Assembly: GCA_024222685.1 (NCBI GenBank)
Contig: JAAEOZ010000158.1
Span: 1 to 41,101, forward strand
Origin: Gammaproteobacteria bacterium
Lineage (GTDB): Bacteria > Pseudomonadota > Gammaproteobacteria > GCA-001735895
Length of the DNA: 41,101 bases
Reading direction: 5' to 3'
Numbering within the stretch: position 1 is the stretch's first letter; every line of letters starts with the position of its first letter. This document shows, piece after piece, positions 1 through 9,865 of this stretch. The notes beneath the pieces are model-generated. The model worked only from the letters and a program-made list of their open reading frames with translations, was not told the DNA's origin and ran no database searches. The translations under genes were made by a program, and so were the position numbers.

Positions 1-1410
1 CTTAAATGGCGTGGCAAGATTCATTACATGCTGGTTGACGAATATCAGGATACCAACACCAGTCAATACGAGCTGATTAATCTTTTATGCGGCCTACGGC
101 AAAAATTGACCGTAGTCGGTGATGACGATCAGTCGATCTATGCCTGGCGTGGGGCGAAGCCCGAAAATATGGCCCGATTAAACCAGAATTTCCATGATCT
201 GGAGGTTATTAAGCTTGAGCAAAACTACCGATCCAGCAGTCGAATATTAAATTCTGCCAATGCATTAATCGCCAATAATCCTCATTTGATAGAAAAGAAG
301 CTCTGGTCCGCAGCCGGGCCGGGAGAATATATTCGTGTATTTCCATGCAAAAATACCGATGATGAAGCCAGTCGAATTGCGATTGACATTATCAGCCGTA
401 GATTTCAGGATGGCGATGATTATCAACGATTCGCCATTTTATATCGAAGCAACTATCAATCGCGTAACTACGAAAAAGCTTTACGCGACCAATCAATACC
501 ATATCAGATAACCGGGGGTATCGCCTTTTTCGAGCGTAGAGAAATTAAAGATATCATGGCCTATTTACGTCTGCTCTGTAACCCTGATGACGACCAGGCT
601 TTACTACGAATTATCAATACTCCAAAAAGAGAAATTGGTACGTCAACCATTCAGGGGCTGGCAAACTACGCGCGTAGTAGACATCAGAGTCTTGGACGAT
701 CAATGCAGGAACTGGGATTGCGAGAAAGTCTTGGAAATCGCAGATGGCAACGATTGCAGGAATTTGTCCATTTCATCGCAGAACTCAAATCAAAGGCTGA
801 TGATGCTGATGCAATGAGTATTGCAAGGGAACTGGTTAGCAACCTAGACTATGCCGACTGGCTTAAACAAACCAGCAGCTCTCAAAAGCAGGCAGATGAG
901 GCAGTTGAAAATGTCATGGAGTTAATTAACTGGATAGGTAATCTGCAAAAGTCACGCAATGAAAATTCTCTGAGTGATTTAATTACTCACCTGACTCTAA
1001 TCTCGATACTGGAAAATGATGACAGTAATAATGACAACAAAGGCGTGCATTTGACAACCATCCATGCCGCTAAGGGACTCGAATTTCCCCATGTTTATCT
1101 GGCTGGTTTCGAAGAAGACAGCCTCCCACATCACCAGTCTCAGGACCCCGAAAGTATCGAAGAAGAACGTCGCCTTGCTTATGTCGGCATTACACGTGCA
1201 GAAAAATCTTTAACAATCTGTCACGCTAAAACCCGCCAGAAGTTCGGTGAGCTACAACATTTTGAGCCCAGCCGATTTTTGTTTGAACTCCCGGAAGAAG
1301 ACCTCGAAGGTGCTGAGCACCTGGCAGGCAAATTGACTGAAAGCGAAAAGGAAGAAAAAGCGCTTAATACCTTCGCTAATTTAAAAGCAATCCTTGGTAG
1401 TGCTGACTAA
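1..1410 (+). CDS. rep: ATP-dependent DNA helicase Rep, C-terminal ~470 aa (5' end outside window)
   Basis: Frame 1 is open from base 1 (LKWRGKIHYMLVDEYQDTN, the SF1 helicase motif II region). Later motifs QNYRS, TIHAAKGLEF and RRLAYVGITRA are present. The tail PSRFLFELP...ANLKA resembles Rep rather than UvrD. Confidence 0.9.
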   Translation, partial: LKWRGKIHYMLVDEYQDTNTSQYELINLLCGLRQKLTVVGDDDQSIYAWRGAKPENMARLNQNFHDLEVIKLEQNYRSSSRILNSANALIANNPHLIEKKLWSAAGPGEYIRVFPCKNTDDEASRIAIDIISRRFQDGDDYQRFAILYRSNYQSRNYEKALRDQSIPYQITGGIAFFERREIKDIMAYLRLLCNPDDDQALLRIINTPKREIGTSTIQGLANYARSRHQSLGRSMQELGLRESLGNRRWQRLQEFVHFIAELKSKADDADAMSIARELVSNLDYADWLKQTSSSQKQADEAVENVMELINWIGNLQKSRNENSLSDLITHLTLISILENDDSNNDNKGVHLTTIHAAKGLEFPHVYLAGFEEDSLPHHQSQDPESIEEERRLAYVGITRAEKSLTICHAKTRQKFGELQHFEPSRFLFELPEEDLEGAEHLAGKLTESEKEEKALNTFANLKAILGSAD

Positions 1411-1430
1411 ATAGCGATATCCAGACTCGA

Positions 1431-2213
1431 CTAGTGCTGAATTATCTGACTCAGGAATAACTGCGTTCTTTCATTCTGCGGGTTATTAAAGAATTCATTC
1501 GGTTCATTTTCTTCAATAATTTCACCGGCATCCATGAAAATAACCCGATTAGCTACCTTCTTCGCGAAACCCATTTCGTGAGTAACACAAATCATAGTCA
1601 TACCCTCTTCGGCAAGTTCGACCATAACATCGAGCACTTCAGAAATCATTTCCGGGTCGAGTGCAGAAGTCGGCTCATCAAACAGCATAACCTTCGGGTT
1701 CATGCACAGACTGCGTGCTATAGCCACTCGCTGCTGTTGCCCGCCCGACAGCTGACCAGGATATTTCAGAGCCTGTTCCGGAATTTTTACTCGCTCCAGA
1801 AATTTCATTGCTACTTCTTCAGCTTCGGCCTTTGCCATTTTACGAACCCAGACAGGCGCCAACGTACAATTTTCCAGCACACTGAGATGCGGGAATAAAT
1901 TGAAATGTTGAAAGCACATGCCGACTTCACGACGAGTTGCCTCGATATGCTTGAGATCACTGGTTAACTCGACACCATCAACAATAATCTGTCCTTGCTG
2001 ATGCTCTTCCAGCCGGTTGATACATCGGATTGCGGTCGACTTGCCTGAACCCGATGGCCCACAAATGACGATACGCTCGCCACGTTTAACATGCAGGTTT
2101 ATATTTTTCAGTACATGAAATTCACCATACCATTTATGCATGTTGTTAATTTCAATTATAACTTCATCAGAGACTTCAAGCTTACTCTGGAGACCGTTCG
2201 CGGTTTCATTCAT
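1431..2213 (-). CDS. aapP: polar amino-acid ABC transporter ATP-binding protein (AapP/GlnQ type)
   Basis: Walker [13 protein letters not shown] signature [13 protein letters not shown] and Walker [12 protein letters not shown]. It is the last gene of a four-gene minus-strand transporter operon. Confidence 0.93.
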   Translation of the reverse strand: MNETANGLQSKLEVSDEVIIEINNMHKWYGEFHVLKNINLHVKRGERIVICGPSGSGKSTAIRCINRLEEHQQGQIIVDGVELTSDLKHIEATRREVGMCFQHFNLFPHLSVLENCTLAPVWVRKMAKAEAEEVAMKFLERVKIPEQALKYPGQLSGGQQQRVAIARSLCMNPKVMLFDEPTSALDPEMISEVLDVMVELAEEGMTMICVTHEMGFAKKVANRVIFMDAGEIIEENEPNEFFNNPQNERTQLFLSQIIQH

Positions 2214-2242
2214 CGAGACTCACCTTTAAAAAATAGTTATGA

Positions 2243-3355
2243 CTAGCGCTTATGACCAGTATGAAGCTTACGTTCTACCGACTGACTGTATTGCGACATG
2301 CCAAAACAGAAACACCAGTAAACAAACGCACAGAATACGTAACCTTCAACCGCATAACCGAGCCACTTGGGGTCGGTAGTTGCTGCCTGTACGATTCCAA
2401 GAAAATCAAACAGCCCGATAATGAGTACCAGCGTAGTATCCTTAAATAAACCGATACAGTTACCAACAATACCCGGGATAACATGCTTCAATGCCTGGGG
2501 CAAAATAATAAAAGACATTGACTTCCAATAATTTAGCCCCAGTGCTTCAGCTCCCTCATATTGCCCTTTGGGAATCGCCTGCAATCCACCACGGACGGTT
2601 TCAGCCATATAGGCAGAGGTAAACAACGTAACACCAACCAGTGCACGAATTAGCTTATCGAAATTAACACCGTCCGGCAGGAACAGAGGAAACATCACCG
2701 AAGACATAAATAGAACAGTTATCAGTGGTACACCACGCCAAAGCTCGATAAAACCGGTACAGAAAGCGCTCACCGCGGGCATCTTTGAACGTCTACCCAA
2801 TGCCAGTAGTAGCCCGATTGGAAATGATCCGACAATACCGACGATCGATATTATCAGAGTCAGAGATAGCCCACCCCAAAGAGACGTTTCAACAGTGGCT
2901 AAACCAAATGAACCGCCAGCGAGTAAATAGAACCCGATCACAGGATAGATAAAAAGAATGAAAGCACCGAGCCAGGCTTTATGACGAAAACTATTTATGA
3001 ACATCGGAATCATCAATGCAATCAACAGATAAAACGTGCTGTCGACACGCCATCTTTCTGCTTCTGGGTAAAACCCATAAATGAACTGACTTAATCGAGC
3101 GTTTATAAAAACCCAACAAGCCCCCCCACTATCACAGGATTCGCGAGAATCACCAATAAAGTCTGCCTTGAAAAATATCCAGGAGAAAACAGGCGGCAAT
3201 GTCAAATACAACAAATACAATGCCAGTACTGTAATCAAAGTATTTGTAGTATTTGAAAACAGGTTAGTCCGCAACCAACCAACTATACCTACGGTACTAG
3301 GTGGTGGCGGCAAATCAGGATGGCTACCTGGCGCATATTGTGTGTCAATGGTCAT
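2243..3355 (-). CDS. aapM: general L-amino-acid ABC transporter permease (AapM-like)
   Basis: Multi-span hydrophobic protein with a permease EAA-type loop (GQYEGAEALGLNYWKSMSFIILPQAL). The large ~370 aa size is typical of Aap-type rather than Gln/Glt-type permeases. Confidence 0.85.
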   Translation of the reverse strand: MTIDTQYAPGSHPDLPPPPSTVGIVGWLRTNLFSNTTNTLITVLALYLLYLTLPPVFSWIFFKADFIGDSRESCDSGGACWVFINARLSQFIYGFYPEAERWRVDSTFYLLIALMIPMFINSFRHKAWLGAFILFIYPVIGFYLLAGGSFGLATVETSLWGGLSLTLIISIVGIVGSFPIGLLLALGRRSKMPAVSAFCTGFIELWRGVPLITVLFMSSVMFPLFLPDGVNFDKLIRALVGVTLFTSAYMAETVRGGLQAIPKGQYEGAEALGLNYWKSMSFIILPQALKHVIPGIVGNCIGLFKDTTLVLIIGLFDFLGIVQAATTDPKWLGYAVEGYVFCAFVYWCFCFGMSQYSQSVERKLHTGHKR

Positions 3356-3360
3356 ATCGA

Positions 3361-4551
3361 TTATCTCTCCACCAGTGCCATTTTAGCGTTGTACCAGTTC
3401 ATAAACATCGAAATCCCTAAAGATATCGACAGATAGATCGCCATCGTGATTGAAATTATTTCAACAGCCTGACCAGTCTGGTTTAACACCGTACCTGTAA
3501 ACACTGAAACCAGATCGGGATAAGCTATGGCTGTAGCCAGCGAAGAGTTTTTGGTTAAATTTAGATACTGGCTGGATAGCGGAGGAATAATAACACGCAA
3601 AGCCTGCGGTAAAATAACCAGTTGCAAGGTCGGTGCTGCTTTTACGCCCAATGCGTGAGCTGCCTCAGTTTGCCCATGACTGACCGACTGAATACCGGCA
3701 CGAACAATTTCTGCTATAAAAGATGCCGTATATATCGACAGAGACAACCACAAAGCAATAAACTCAGGCGTAATAACTGTCCCACCGACAAAATTGAACC
3801 CCTTAAGAACAGGTAGTTCCAGGCTAACAGGGAAACCGGTCACTATCAGGGCCAGTAGTGGCAAACCTATAATCAATCCAAACGATGCGTAAACAGTATG
3901 AAATTGCTGACCAGTATTTTCCCGACGTTTCCTGGCCCAACGCTTTAAAAAGAAGACGCCGACGATAGCGATGATCAAAGCCCAGATAACCAGCGTAAAG
4001 CCATCACCGTAATTTGCCGATGGCAAATAAATTCCGCGGTTATTGAAAAACACTCCATCGACAGGGTTAATACTATTCCTCGGCCCAGGCAAAGGTCTTA
4101 ATATGGCGGCGTACCAAAAGAATATCTGCAACAATAAGGGGATGTTTCTAAATGTCTCGACGTATACCATGGCTAGACGTGAAACCAGCCAGTTCCTGGA
4201 TAACCTGGCAATACCAACGATGACACCGATAATTGTAGCCGCGACGATACCGCAAAATGCAATTAGCAGGGTATTGAGTAAACCAACTAAGAAGGCGCGC
4301 CCGTAACTTGAGGCTTCGCTATATTCAATCAGGTGGGTAATAATTCCGAAACCAGCAGTGGTACTAAGAAACCCAAATCCGGTAGCAATCCCCTGTTTCT
4401 CGAGGTTGGCAGATGTGTTGCCAAATATGTACATACCAAATGATACGACTGCAACCAGCAACACTGCCTGGAAAAAAATACTTCTTACCGCCGGATCATT
4501 CCACGGTTTGGTGGTCGAGGGAGGGGGTCCTGCTGATTCTTCTCTATTCAC
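3361..4551 (-). CDS. aapQ: general L-amino-acid ABC transporter permease (AapQ-like)
   Basis: Hydrophobic 396 aa protein with an EAA loop (GQTEAAHALGVKAAPTLQLVILPQAL). It lies 5 nt upstream of the second permease gene. Confidence 0.85.
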   Translation of the reverse strand: MNREESAGPPPSTTKPWNDPAVRSIFFQAVLLVAVVSFGMYIFGNTSANLEKQGIATGFGFLSTTAGFGIITHLIEYSEASSYGRAFLVGLLNTLLIAFCGIVAATIIGVIVGIARLSRNWLVSRLAMVYVETFRNIPLLLQIFFWYAAILRPLPGPRNSINPVDGVFFNNRGIYLPSANYGDGFTLVIWALIIAIVGVFFLKRWARKRRENTGQQFHTVYASFGLIIGLPLLALIVTGFPVSLELPVLKGFNFVGGTVITPEFIALWLSLSIYTASFIAEIVRAGIQSVSHGQTEAAHALGVKAAPTLQLVILPQALRVIIPPLSSQYLNLTKNSSLATAIAYPDLVSVFTGTVLNQTGQAVEIISITMAIYLSISLGISMFMNWYNAKMALVER

Positions 4552-4637
4552 GATTTGTCCTCTGTCATGTATTAAAGGCCCACAGACGGGTCAGAATCTA
4601 CCCTGACAACCCTGCAGAAATTTCAGAGTCCTATAAC

Positions 4638-4669
4638 GCAAACGTCCTGTTAAAAAACAGGACGTTTGC
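4638..4669 (-). promoter_or_regulatory. perfect 14-bp-stem hairpin between the binding-protein gene and the permease genes
   Basis: GCAAACGTCCTGTT-aaaa-AACAGGACGTTTGC is read directly from the sequence. It sits 11 nt downstream of the aapJ stop and has no U-tract after it on the minus strand. Confidence 0.6.
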
Positions 4670-4679
4670 TTTGACAGGA

Positions 4680-5690
4680 TTAGCGAATAGGTGGTGCGTA
4701 CTGAATGCCGCCTTTGCTCCACAACTCATTCACACCGCGTGCGATGTTCAGCGGATCAATAGACAGGTTACGGGCAAAAGATTCGCCGTAGTTACCTACA
4801 GAAGATATGATGTTGCCACACCATGTAGGACTGACACCCAGGTTCTCACCGAAACTACCCTCTTCACCGAGAAGTCTCTTAACCGCTGGGTCGCCACCAC
4901 TTTTGCTTTTGATATTAGCTGAGGTTATACCCATTTCTTCAGCGTTAACCATGCAAAACAGAGACCACTTGGTAAGGTTAAACCACTCATCATCGCCTTG
5001 TCTTACAACCGGGCCTAGCGGCTCTTTAGAAATTACATCGGGCAATACTTTGTGCGCAGAAGCATCTTTCAGCTTGATACGTTGAGCATATAATCCAGAT
5101 TGGTCAGTTGTATACACGTCACAACGACCTGCGTCATAGGCGGCGACAACTTCGTCTGACTTCTCAAATGCGACAACGGTGTAGTCCATACCATTACTAC
5201 GAAAATAATCAGCTACGTTCAACTCGGTAGTCGTACCGGTCTGGGTACAAACAGCAGCACCACTTAATTCGCTGGCGCTGTTAACACCCAAATCTTTACG
5301 AACCATGAAACCCTGACCATCGTAGTAGTTAACACCGGCAAAGTTTAAACCAAGGGCAGTATCTCGAGTAGCTGTCCAGGTAGTGTTACGAGATAGAATA
5401 TCGATCTCGCCGGATTGTAAAGCCGTAAAACGCTCTTTCGCTGAAAGTGGCGTGAATTTTACCTTGGAAGCGTCACCGAATATAGCAGCTGCTACAGCGC
5501 GGCAAATGTCTACGTCTACACCACTCCAGTTACCTTTGTCATCAAAGTTTGAAAAGCCGGGTAAGCCCTGGGAAACACCACACTGTACATGGCCTTTACC
5601 TTTCACATCATCCAGCGTGGCCGCTGACACAGAACCAGCTGAAACAGCTAGCGCAGACGCCAACATTACAGTTGAAGTAAGTTTTTTCAT
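4680..5690 (-). CDS. aapJ: amino-acid ABC transporter periplasmic substrate-binding protein (AapJ-like)
   Basis: Sec signal peptide MKKLTSTVMLASALAVSAGSVSA. The 336 aa size and family-3 binding-protein layout fit AapJ. It is the first gene of the operon. Confidence 0.85.
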   Translation of the reverse strand: MKKLTSTVMLASALAVSAGSVSAATLDDVKGKGHVQCGVSQGLPGFSNFDDKGNWSGVDVDICRAVAAAIFGDASKVKFTPLSAKERFTALQSGEIDILSRNTTWTATRDTALGLNFAGVNYYDGQGFMVRKDLGVNSASELSGAAVCTQTGTTTELNVADYFRSNGMDYTVVAFEKSDEVVAAYDAGRCDVYTTDQSGLYAQRIKLKDASAHKVLPDVISKEPLGPVVRQGDDEWFNLTKWSLFCMVNAEEMGITSANIKSKSGGDPAVKRLLGEEGSFGENLGVSPTWCGNIISSVGNYGESFARNLSIDPLNIARGVNELWSKGGIQYAPPIR

Positions 5691-5992
5691 TTATATCTCC
5701 TCGGATTTAGATGAGTTTTTTTTAATATCGCAGTGGATTTACAGCGATTGGGTGAAACCATAATCACTTCAACGGTTAATTGCAACCCTAAAATTTCAAA
5801 TAAAAACTTTTCATGGAATTGAATCGAGATATGACATCCCGTAATCATTCAAGACTGTATAAAACAGGTCAATCAACCAGGAATCCCATGGCGTAACCGA
5901 CTCATCGGTGATATATCATTTCAGTCCAGCTGTTTTTATCATTACGCTGTATTTTACAAGATTATTTCACTCGATTAAACATTACAAAACCT

Positions 5993-6232
5993 ATGCCATA
6001 TTTTATTTATCGGATAGAGCAGCAATCCGGACAGCTGGTTAAAAAGCTGACTTTCAATAACAGTGTTGACAACTATAAACAGGCAAAAAATGATGTAAAT
6101 GCATTGAGAGAGTCGATACCAGAAGAATCAGGGCGATTCTGGAAAATAGTTTTTGCTGAATCACAATTGCAGGCTGAAGAACTTTTACAGGAGAAGCGCG
6201 ATAAACCGGTATTAATGGAGTGGGAAAAATGA
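5993..6232 (+). CDS. small hypothetical protein (79 aa), no recognisable motif
   Basis: ATG-started ORF in an otherwise empty 540-nt gap, with no competing ORF. The acidic helical C-terminus (QLQAEELLQEKRDKPVLMEWEK) looks protein-like. Function is unknown. Confidence 0.5.
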   Translation: MPYFIYRIEQQSGQLVKKLTFNNSVDNYKQAKNDVNALRESIPEESGRFWKIVFAESQLQAEELLQEKRDKPVLMEWEK

Positions 6233-6237
6233 AGCTT

Positions 6238-8556
6238 TCAATTAATCAGTGCGCGAGGACGGCTAATTCCTTCCGATTTCATATGAGTAAATTTGTCCAT
6301 CGAAACAGGATTTCCCAGGTAATAGCCCTGAGCAAAATCTATGCCCAACTGTTTGATCTCACTAACTACAAGATCACTATCGGCGCACTTGGCAATAGTG
6401 CGGATATCAAGTAGATGGCACATGGTATTAATGGACTCAACCATAGCCTTATCGATGATATCGATTCCAACATCACGAATTAAATCCCCGTCAATTTTAA
6501 CAAAGTCTACCTTTATATTTTTAAGGTAGGAAAAACTGGACAGACCGCTACCAAAGTCATCCAAGGCAATCGAACACCCAATTTTACACATTTCTTCGAT
6601 AAACCTGCTGGCTTTGCTAAAATGATTGGTTAGTGTTGTTTCGGCAATTTCGAAGCATATTTGCTTCGGAGACAATACATTTTTATTAAATTGATCTGAA
6701 ACAAATTCAATTAATTGATCATCCGAAATCACCTGGGCAGACAGATTAACACTCATAATCAGATCCGGATTCTGCATAAATATGTGCGAATAATCTTTAA
6801 AAAGTCTGGTAATTACCCACCTATCGACCTGAGCCATCATTCCGTATCGACTTGCGGATGGTATAAATGCACCCGGCTTCAGGTCATTATTTTCCAGATC
6901 AATCATACGCAATAGGACCTCGGCTCGAATAAACCCGCCGCGTTTCTCCGTATTCAGCTCGATTACTGGCTGATAGAGAAGGTGAAAACGTTCATTTTCA
7001 ATCGCGTAGGCAATATCTTCGCGACCTATTTTTTCCACCTGAGGCAGGTTAGATGGCATCGAGTCATCGGTCGCCACATAAGCACAACCTCTGCCTAGAT
7101 CCTTTGCGGTATAACAGGCCTGATCAGCTCTGTTCATTAGTTCCACTCTGTCACTCGATTCAGAGGTTATCGCCACTACTCCGATGCTAACGCCAAGTTG
7201 ATATGTCTTTTCCTCCCAGATAAAACGATACTCTCTAATTGAATCAATCAATATTTCAGCAACTCGACTCGCCTTGCTCAATGGACAGTTTTCCAGTAAA
7301 ACACTGAACTCATCACCTCCCAGTCTGCCAAGCGTGTCCCGCCCACGCAATTGACTCGAAAGCAACGCTGATATCTGCTTAAGGAGTTCATCACCGGCGA
7401 CATGACCAGCTGTATCATTAACAATTTTGAATTGATCAAGATCGAGATATAGCAATGCGTGTGTGTTTTCAAAATTTTGTGCACTTTCCAGTGATTTTTC
7501 TAATCGCACCTCAAATTCCGCTCGATTTACCAGACCGGTAAGCGGGTCGTGGGTTGCCTGATGCACAATCATCTTCTGCTTTCGCCTTGAATCGGTGACA
7601 TCTTTAAATACCAGCACGACACCCAGGCAATTTCCCTGCAAACCAAACATCGGCGCTGCAGTCCCCTGAATCGAATAACGCGTGCCATTTCTGGAAATCA
7701 ATACATTTTCAGTTTTTGGGGAGATTATCCGCCTTTCTGAAAGGCAGTGTTGAGCCGGATCCGGAATAATTCGACCAGATACTTCATCTTCCAGATGCAG
7801 GATCGACTCCATCGACATTCCCATCGCCTGATGAAAACGCCAGCCGGTTAATCGTTCGGCAACGGGGTTCATATAGTCGATTGCTCCTGAACTATCCGTG
7901 GTAATGACCCCATCTCCGATAGAATGTAGCGTAATTTGTGCCCGGTCTTTTTCTAGCAGGGTTTCACTGATCGCCAGGCACCGCTCAAGTTCGGCAGAGG
8001 CCCGAGCACAAAATAGCTTAATGATGTCGATTTGTTGATTGTCGGGATGAAAACTATTGCGATGCATACCAGCCAGCAAACCTATCTTGTTTCCAGACGA
8101 ATCCTGCAAATGCATGGAAAAAAAGCCTGCAACACGAAACCTGCTCTGGAATAAATCTGACTGAGGAAACATATCACTTGCTGAATTTTGCAGATTCCAG
8201 AAGCCACCAGCACTACCAGCGGGACAGTCAGCCAGGGAAATACTCTGGTTCATGACGTAACCGTCATCGCACCAGTAAGCATGCGTTCGATAGTTATGCG
8301 AGCCAGCCTCTTCGCAACTGGCTATAATTATCGAATCCACTTGCAGGTAATGGGCAAGTTCTCTGGCCAATGCATAAAAAAAAGATTCACCCGTTGTGCC
8401 GATGGTTCCTTCAATCAGGGTATGTAACTGGCTACTTCCTGTATTCTCCTGCTTCTGTTCAATATACTCCCGATTTCGATTTATAATGAACCAGAAACCA
8501 GCTCCAGCTACCAGCATAGCTAGAACGACTGTGTATGTAATATTCAAATCTGACAT
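6238..8556 (-). CDS. membrane-anchored GAF-PAS-GGDEF-EAL protein (diguanylate cyclase/phosphodiesterase)
   Basis: N-terminal TM helix (YTVVLAMLVAGAGFWFII). GGDEF motif RLGGDEF has an RGRD I-site exactly 5 residues upstream. EAL-domain motifs are YQPVIEL, EVLLR (an EAL variant), DDFGSGLSSFSYL, KIDGDLI and AQGYYLG. Confidence 0.9.
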   Translation of the reverse strand: MSDLNITYTVVLAMLVAGAGFWFIINRNREYIEQKQENTGSSQLHTLIEGTIGTTGESFFYALARELAHYLQVDSIIIASCEEAGSHNYRTHAYWCDDGYVMNQSISLADCPAGSAGGFWNLQNSASDMFPQSDLFQSRFRVAGFFSMHLQDSSGNKIGLLAGMHRNSFHPDNQQIDIIKLFCARASAELERCLAISETLLEKDRAQITLHSIGDGVITTDSSGAIDYMNPVAERLTGWRFHQAMGMSMESILHLEDEVSGRIIPDPAQHCLSERRIISPKTENVLISRNGTRYSIQGTAAPMFGLQGNCLGVVLVFKDVTDSRRKQKMIVHQATHDPLTGLVNRAEFEVRLEKSLESAQNFENTHALLYLDLDQFKIVNDTAGHVAGDELLKQISALLSSQLRGRDTLGRLGGDEFSVLLENCPLSKASRVAEILIDSIREYRFIWEEKTYQLGVSIGVVAITSESSDRVELMNRADQACYTAKDLGRGCAYVATDDSMPSNLPQVEKIGREDIAYAIENERFHLLYQPVIELNTEKRGGFIRAEVLLRMIDLENNDLKPGAFIPSASRYGMMAQVDRWVITRLFKDYSHIFMQNPDLIMSVNLSAQVISDDQLIEFVSDQFNKNVLSPKQICFEIAETTLTNHFSKASRFIEEMCKIGCSIALDDFGSGLSSFSYLKNIKVDFVKIDGDLIRDVGIDIIDKAMVESINTMCHLLDIRTIAKCADSDLVVSEIKQLGIDFAQGYYLGNPVSMDKFTHMKSEGISRPRALIN

Positions 8557-8719
8557 AAGACTTTTATCAGCTTATCGAACAAAAAGCCGGCTAATCTACA
8601 GGAGTTGTAAGAGAGTATAGGAGACTATCTCGCCATGTGTGCAAATTACTCAGATTATCCGCTTGCAAGCCGATATGGCTTTACCTAACCTAGACATATC
8701 ATTTCCAGATAAAAAAACT

Positions 8720-9865
8720 ATGGCAAGAAACCTGCCCACTAGCGAACAGATGATTACTGAACTGATTGCAATACCGTCGGTTAGCTGTGTTCTCTCAGAT
8801 CTGGATATGTCTAATAGAAATGTTATCGAAGTCATCGCCAGCTGGGCGGAACCGCTCGGATTCAATTGCGAAATACAGGAAGTTACCGATGGTAAATTCA
8901 ATCTTATCGCTAGAGCCGGAACTGGTACCGATGGGCTGGTGCTTTCAGGGCACACCGATACTGTTCCCTGCAACGAATCCCGCTGGAGTCACGATCCGTT
9001 TACCATGACTAAACATCTGGACAGACTATACGGCCTCGGAAGCTGCGATATGAAAAGCTTCATGGCCCTGGCATTGACAGCTATTGAGTGCTTTGATTTA
9101 AAAAAATTGAAACGCCCTCTAACCCTGGTGGCAACTGCCGATGAAGAGTCGACTATGTGTGGCGCCAAACTCATTGCCGATAATGGCAAAAAACTGGGGC
9201 GTTTCTGTATCATCGGTGAACCGACTGACCTGACACCGGTGCGACAGCATAAAGGCGTGCTTTCTCAATCCATCCAGCTAATCGGCCGCTCCGGACATGC
9301 GAGTAATCCTGCACTGGGAAATAATGCTCTCGAAGGAATGCACGAATTAATCGGTAATCTATTAACTTATCGAGACGGAATACAGCAAAAATACAATAAC
9401 CACGCCTTTGAAATCCCGACTCCTACACTGAATCTTGGTCACATTCACGGTGGCGACAACTCGAATCGAATTTGTGGTGACTGCGAGTTGCTCATTGATA
9501 TCCGCTATCTACCTGAAATGTCAATAGAACAGCTCATCTCCGACATCACAGGTCTGTCTAATGCTGTTGCCGAACGTCGCGGCCTGAGTTGTAATTGCAA
9601 AATAATGGGAGACGGCCTGGCGGCCATGGATACGGCCGAGGCAAGTGAAATAGCTCAATTCCTCACTTTCTGCACAGGTAAAAAATCAACCAGTGTTGCT
9701 TTCGGAACCGAAGCACCGTATTTCAACCGCATGCAAACCGAGACTATGGTGATCGGCCCCGGATCGATTCGACAGGCGCATCAACCCGATGAATATCTAC
9801 CCATCGAGCAGATTAAGCCAACCATCGACCTGCTAAAAAATCTGATTCATAGATTCTGCCTATGA
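8720..9865 (+). CDS. argE: acetylornithine deacetylase (M20 family)
   Basis: Collinear with E. coli ArgE from memory: LIAIPSVS, LSGHTDTVP, LYGLGSCDMK, ATADEES, IIGEPT, LNLGHIHGGDNSNRICGDCEL and GPGSIRQAHQPDEYL. The track ORF opens at 8639, but the ATG at 8720 (MARNLPTSEQ) fits the ArgE N-terminus. Confidence 0.9.
   Translation: MARNLPTSEQMITELIAIPSVSCVLSDLDMSNRNVIEVIASWAEPLGFNCEIQEVTDGKFNLIARAGTGTDGLVLSGHTDTVPCNESRWSHDPFTMTKHLDRLYGLGSCDMKSFMALALTAIECFDLKKLKRPLTLVATADEESTMCGAKLIADNGKKLGRFCIIGEPTDLTPVRQHKGVLSQSIQLIGRSGHASNPALGNNALEGMHELIGNLLTYRDGIQQKYNNHAFEIPTPTLNLGHIHGGDNSNRICGDCELLIDIRYLPEMSIEQLISDITGLSNAVAERRGLSCNCKIMGDGLAAMDTAEASEIAQFLTFCTGKKSTSVAFGTEAPYFNRMQTETMVIGPGSIRQAHQPDEYLPIEQIKPTIDLLKNLIHRFCL

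Noticed and set aside
4413-4922. This 169-aa plus-strand ORF is one of many 60-190 aa ORFs in the track that lie antisense to, or nested within, long genes. Other examples are 34618-35184, 36239-36754, 23377-23961, 13277-13755 and 24686-25162.
   Set aside because: They are completely overlapped by long ORFs with clear family motifs, have no motifs of their own, and have odd composition (Cys/Arg/Ser-rich). They are shadow ORFs.
5993-8556. The small ORF plus the large GGDEF-EAL gene, considered as a toxin-antitoxin-like or partner-switch pair.
   Set aside because: The genes are convergent rather than co-transcribed, and nothing in the small protein resembles known antitoxins or toxins.
8639-8719. 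An upstream ATG giving a 27-residue extension of argE.
   Set aside because: Alignment with the E. coli ArgE N-terminus, recalled from memory, fits the ATG at 8720. The choice remains uncertain without homologue alignment.
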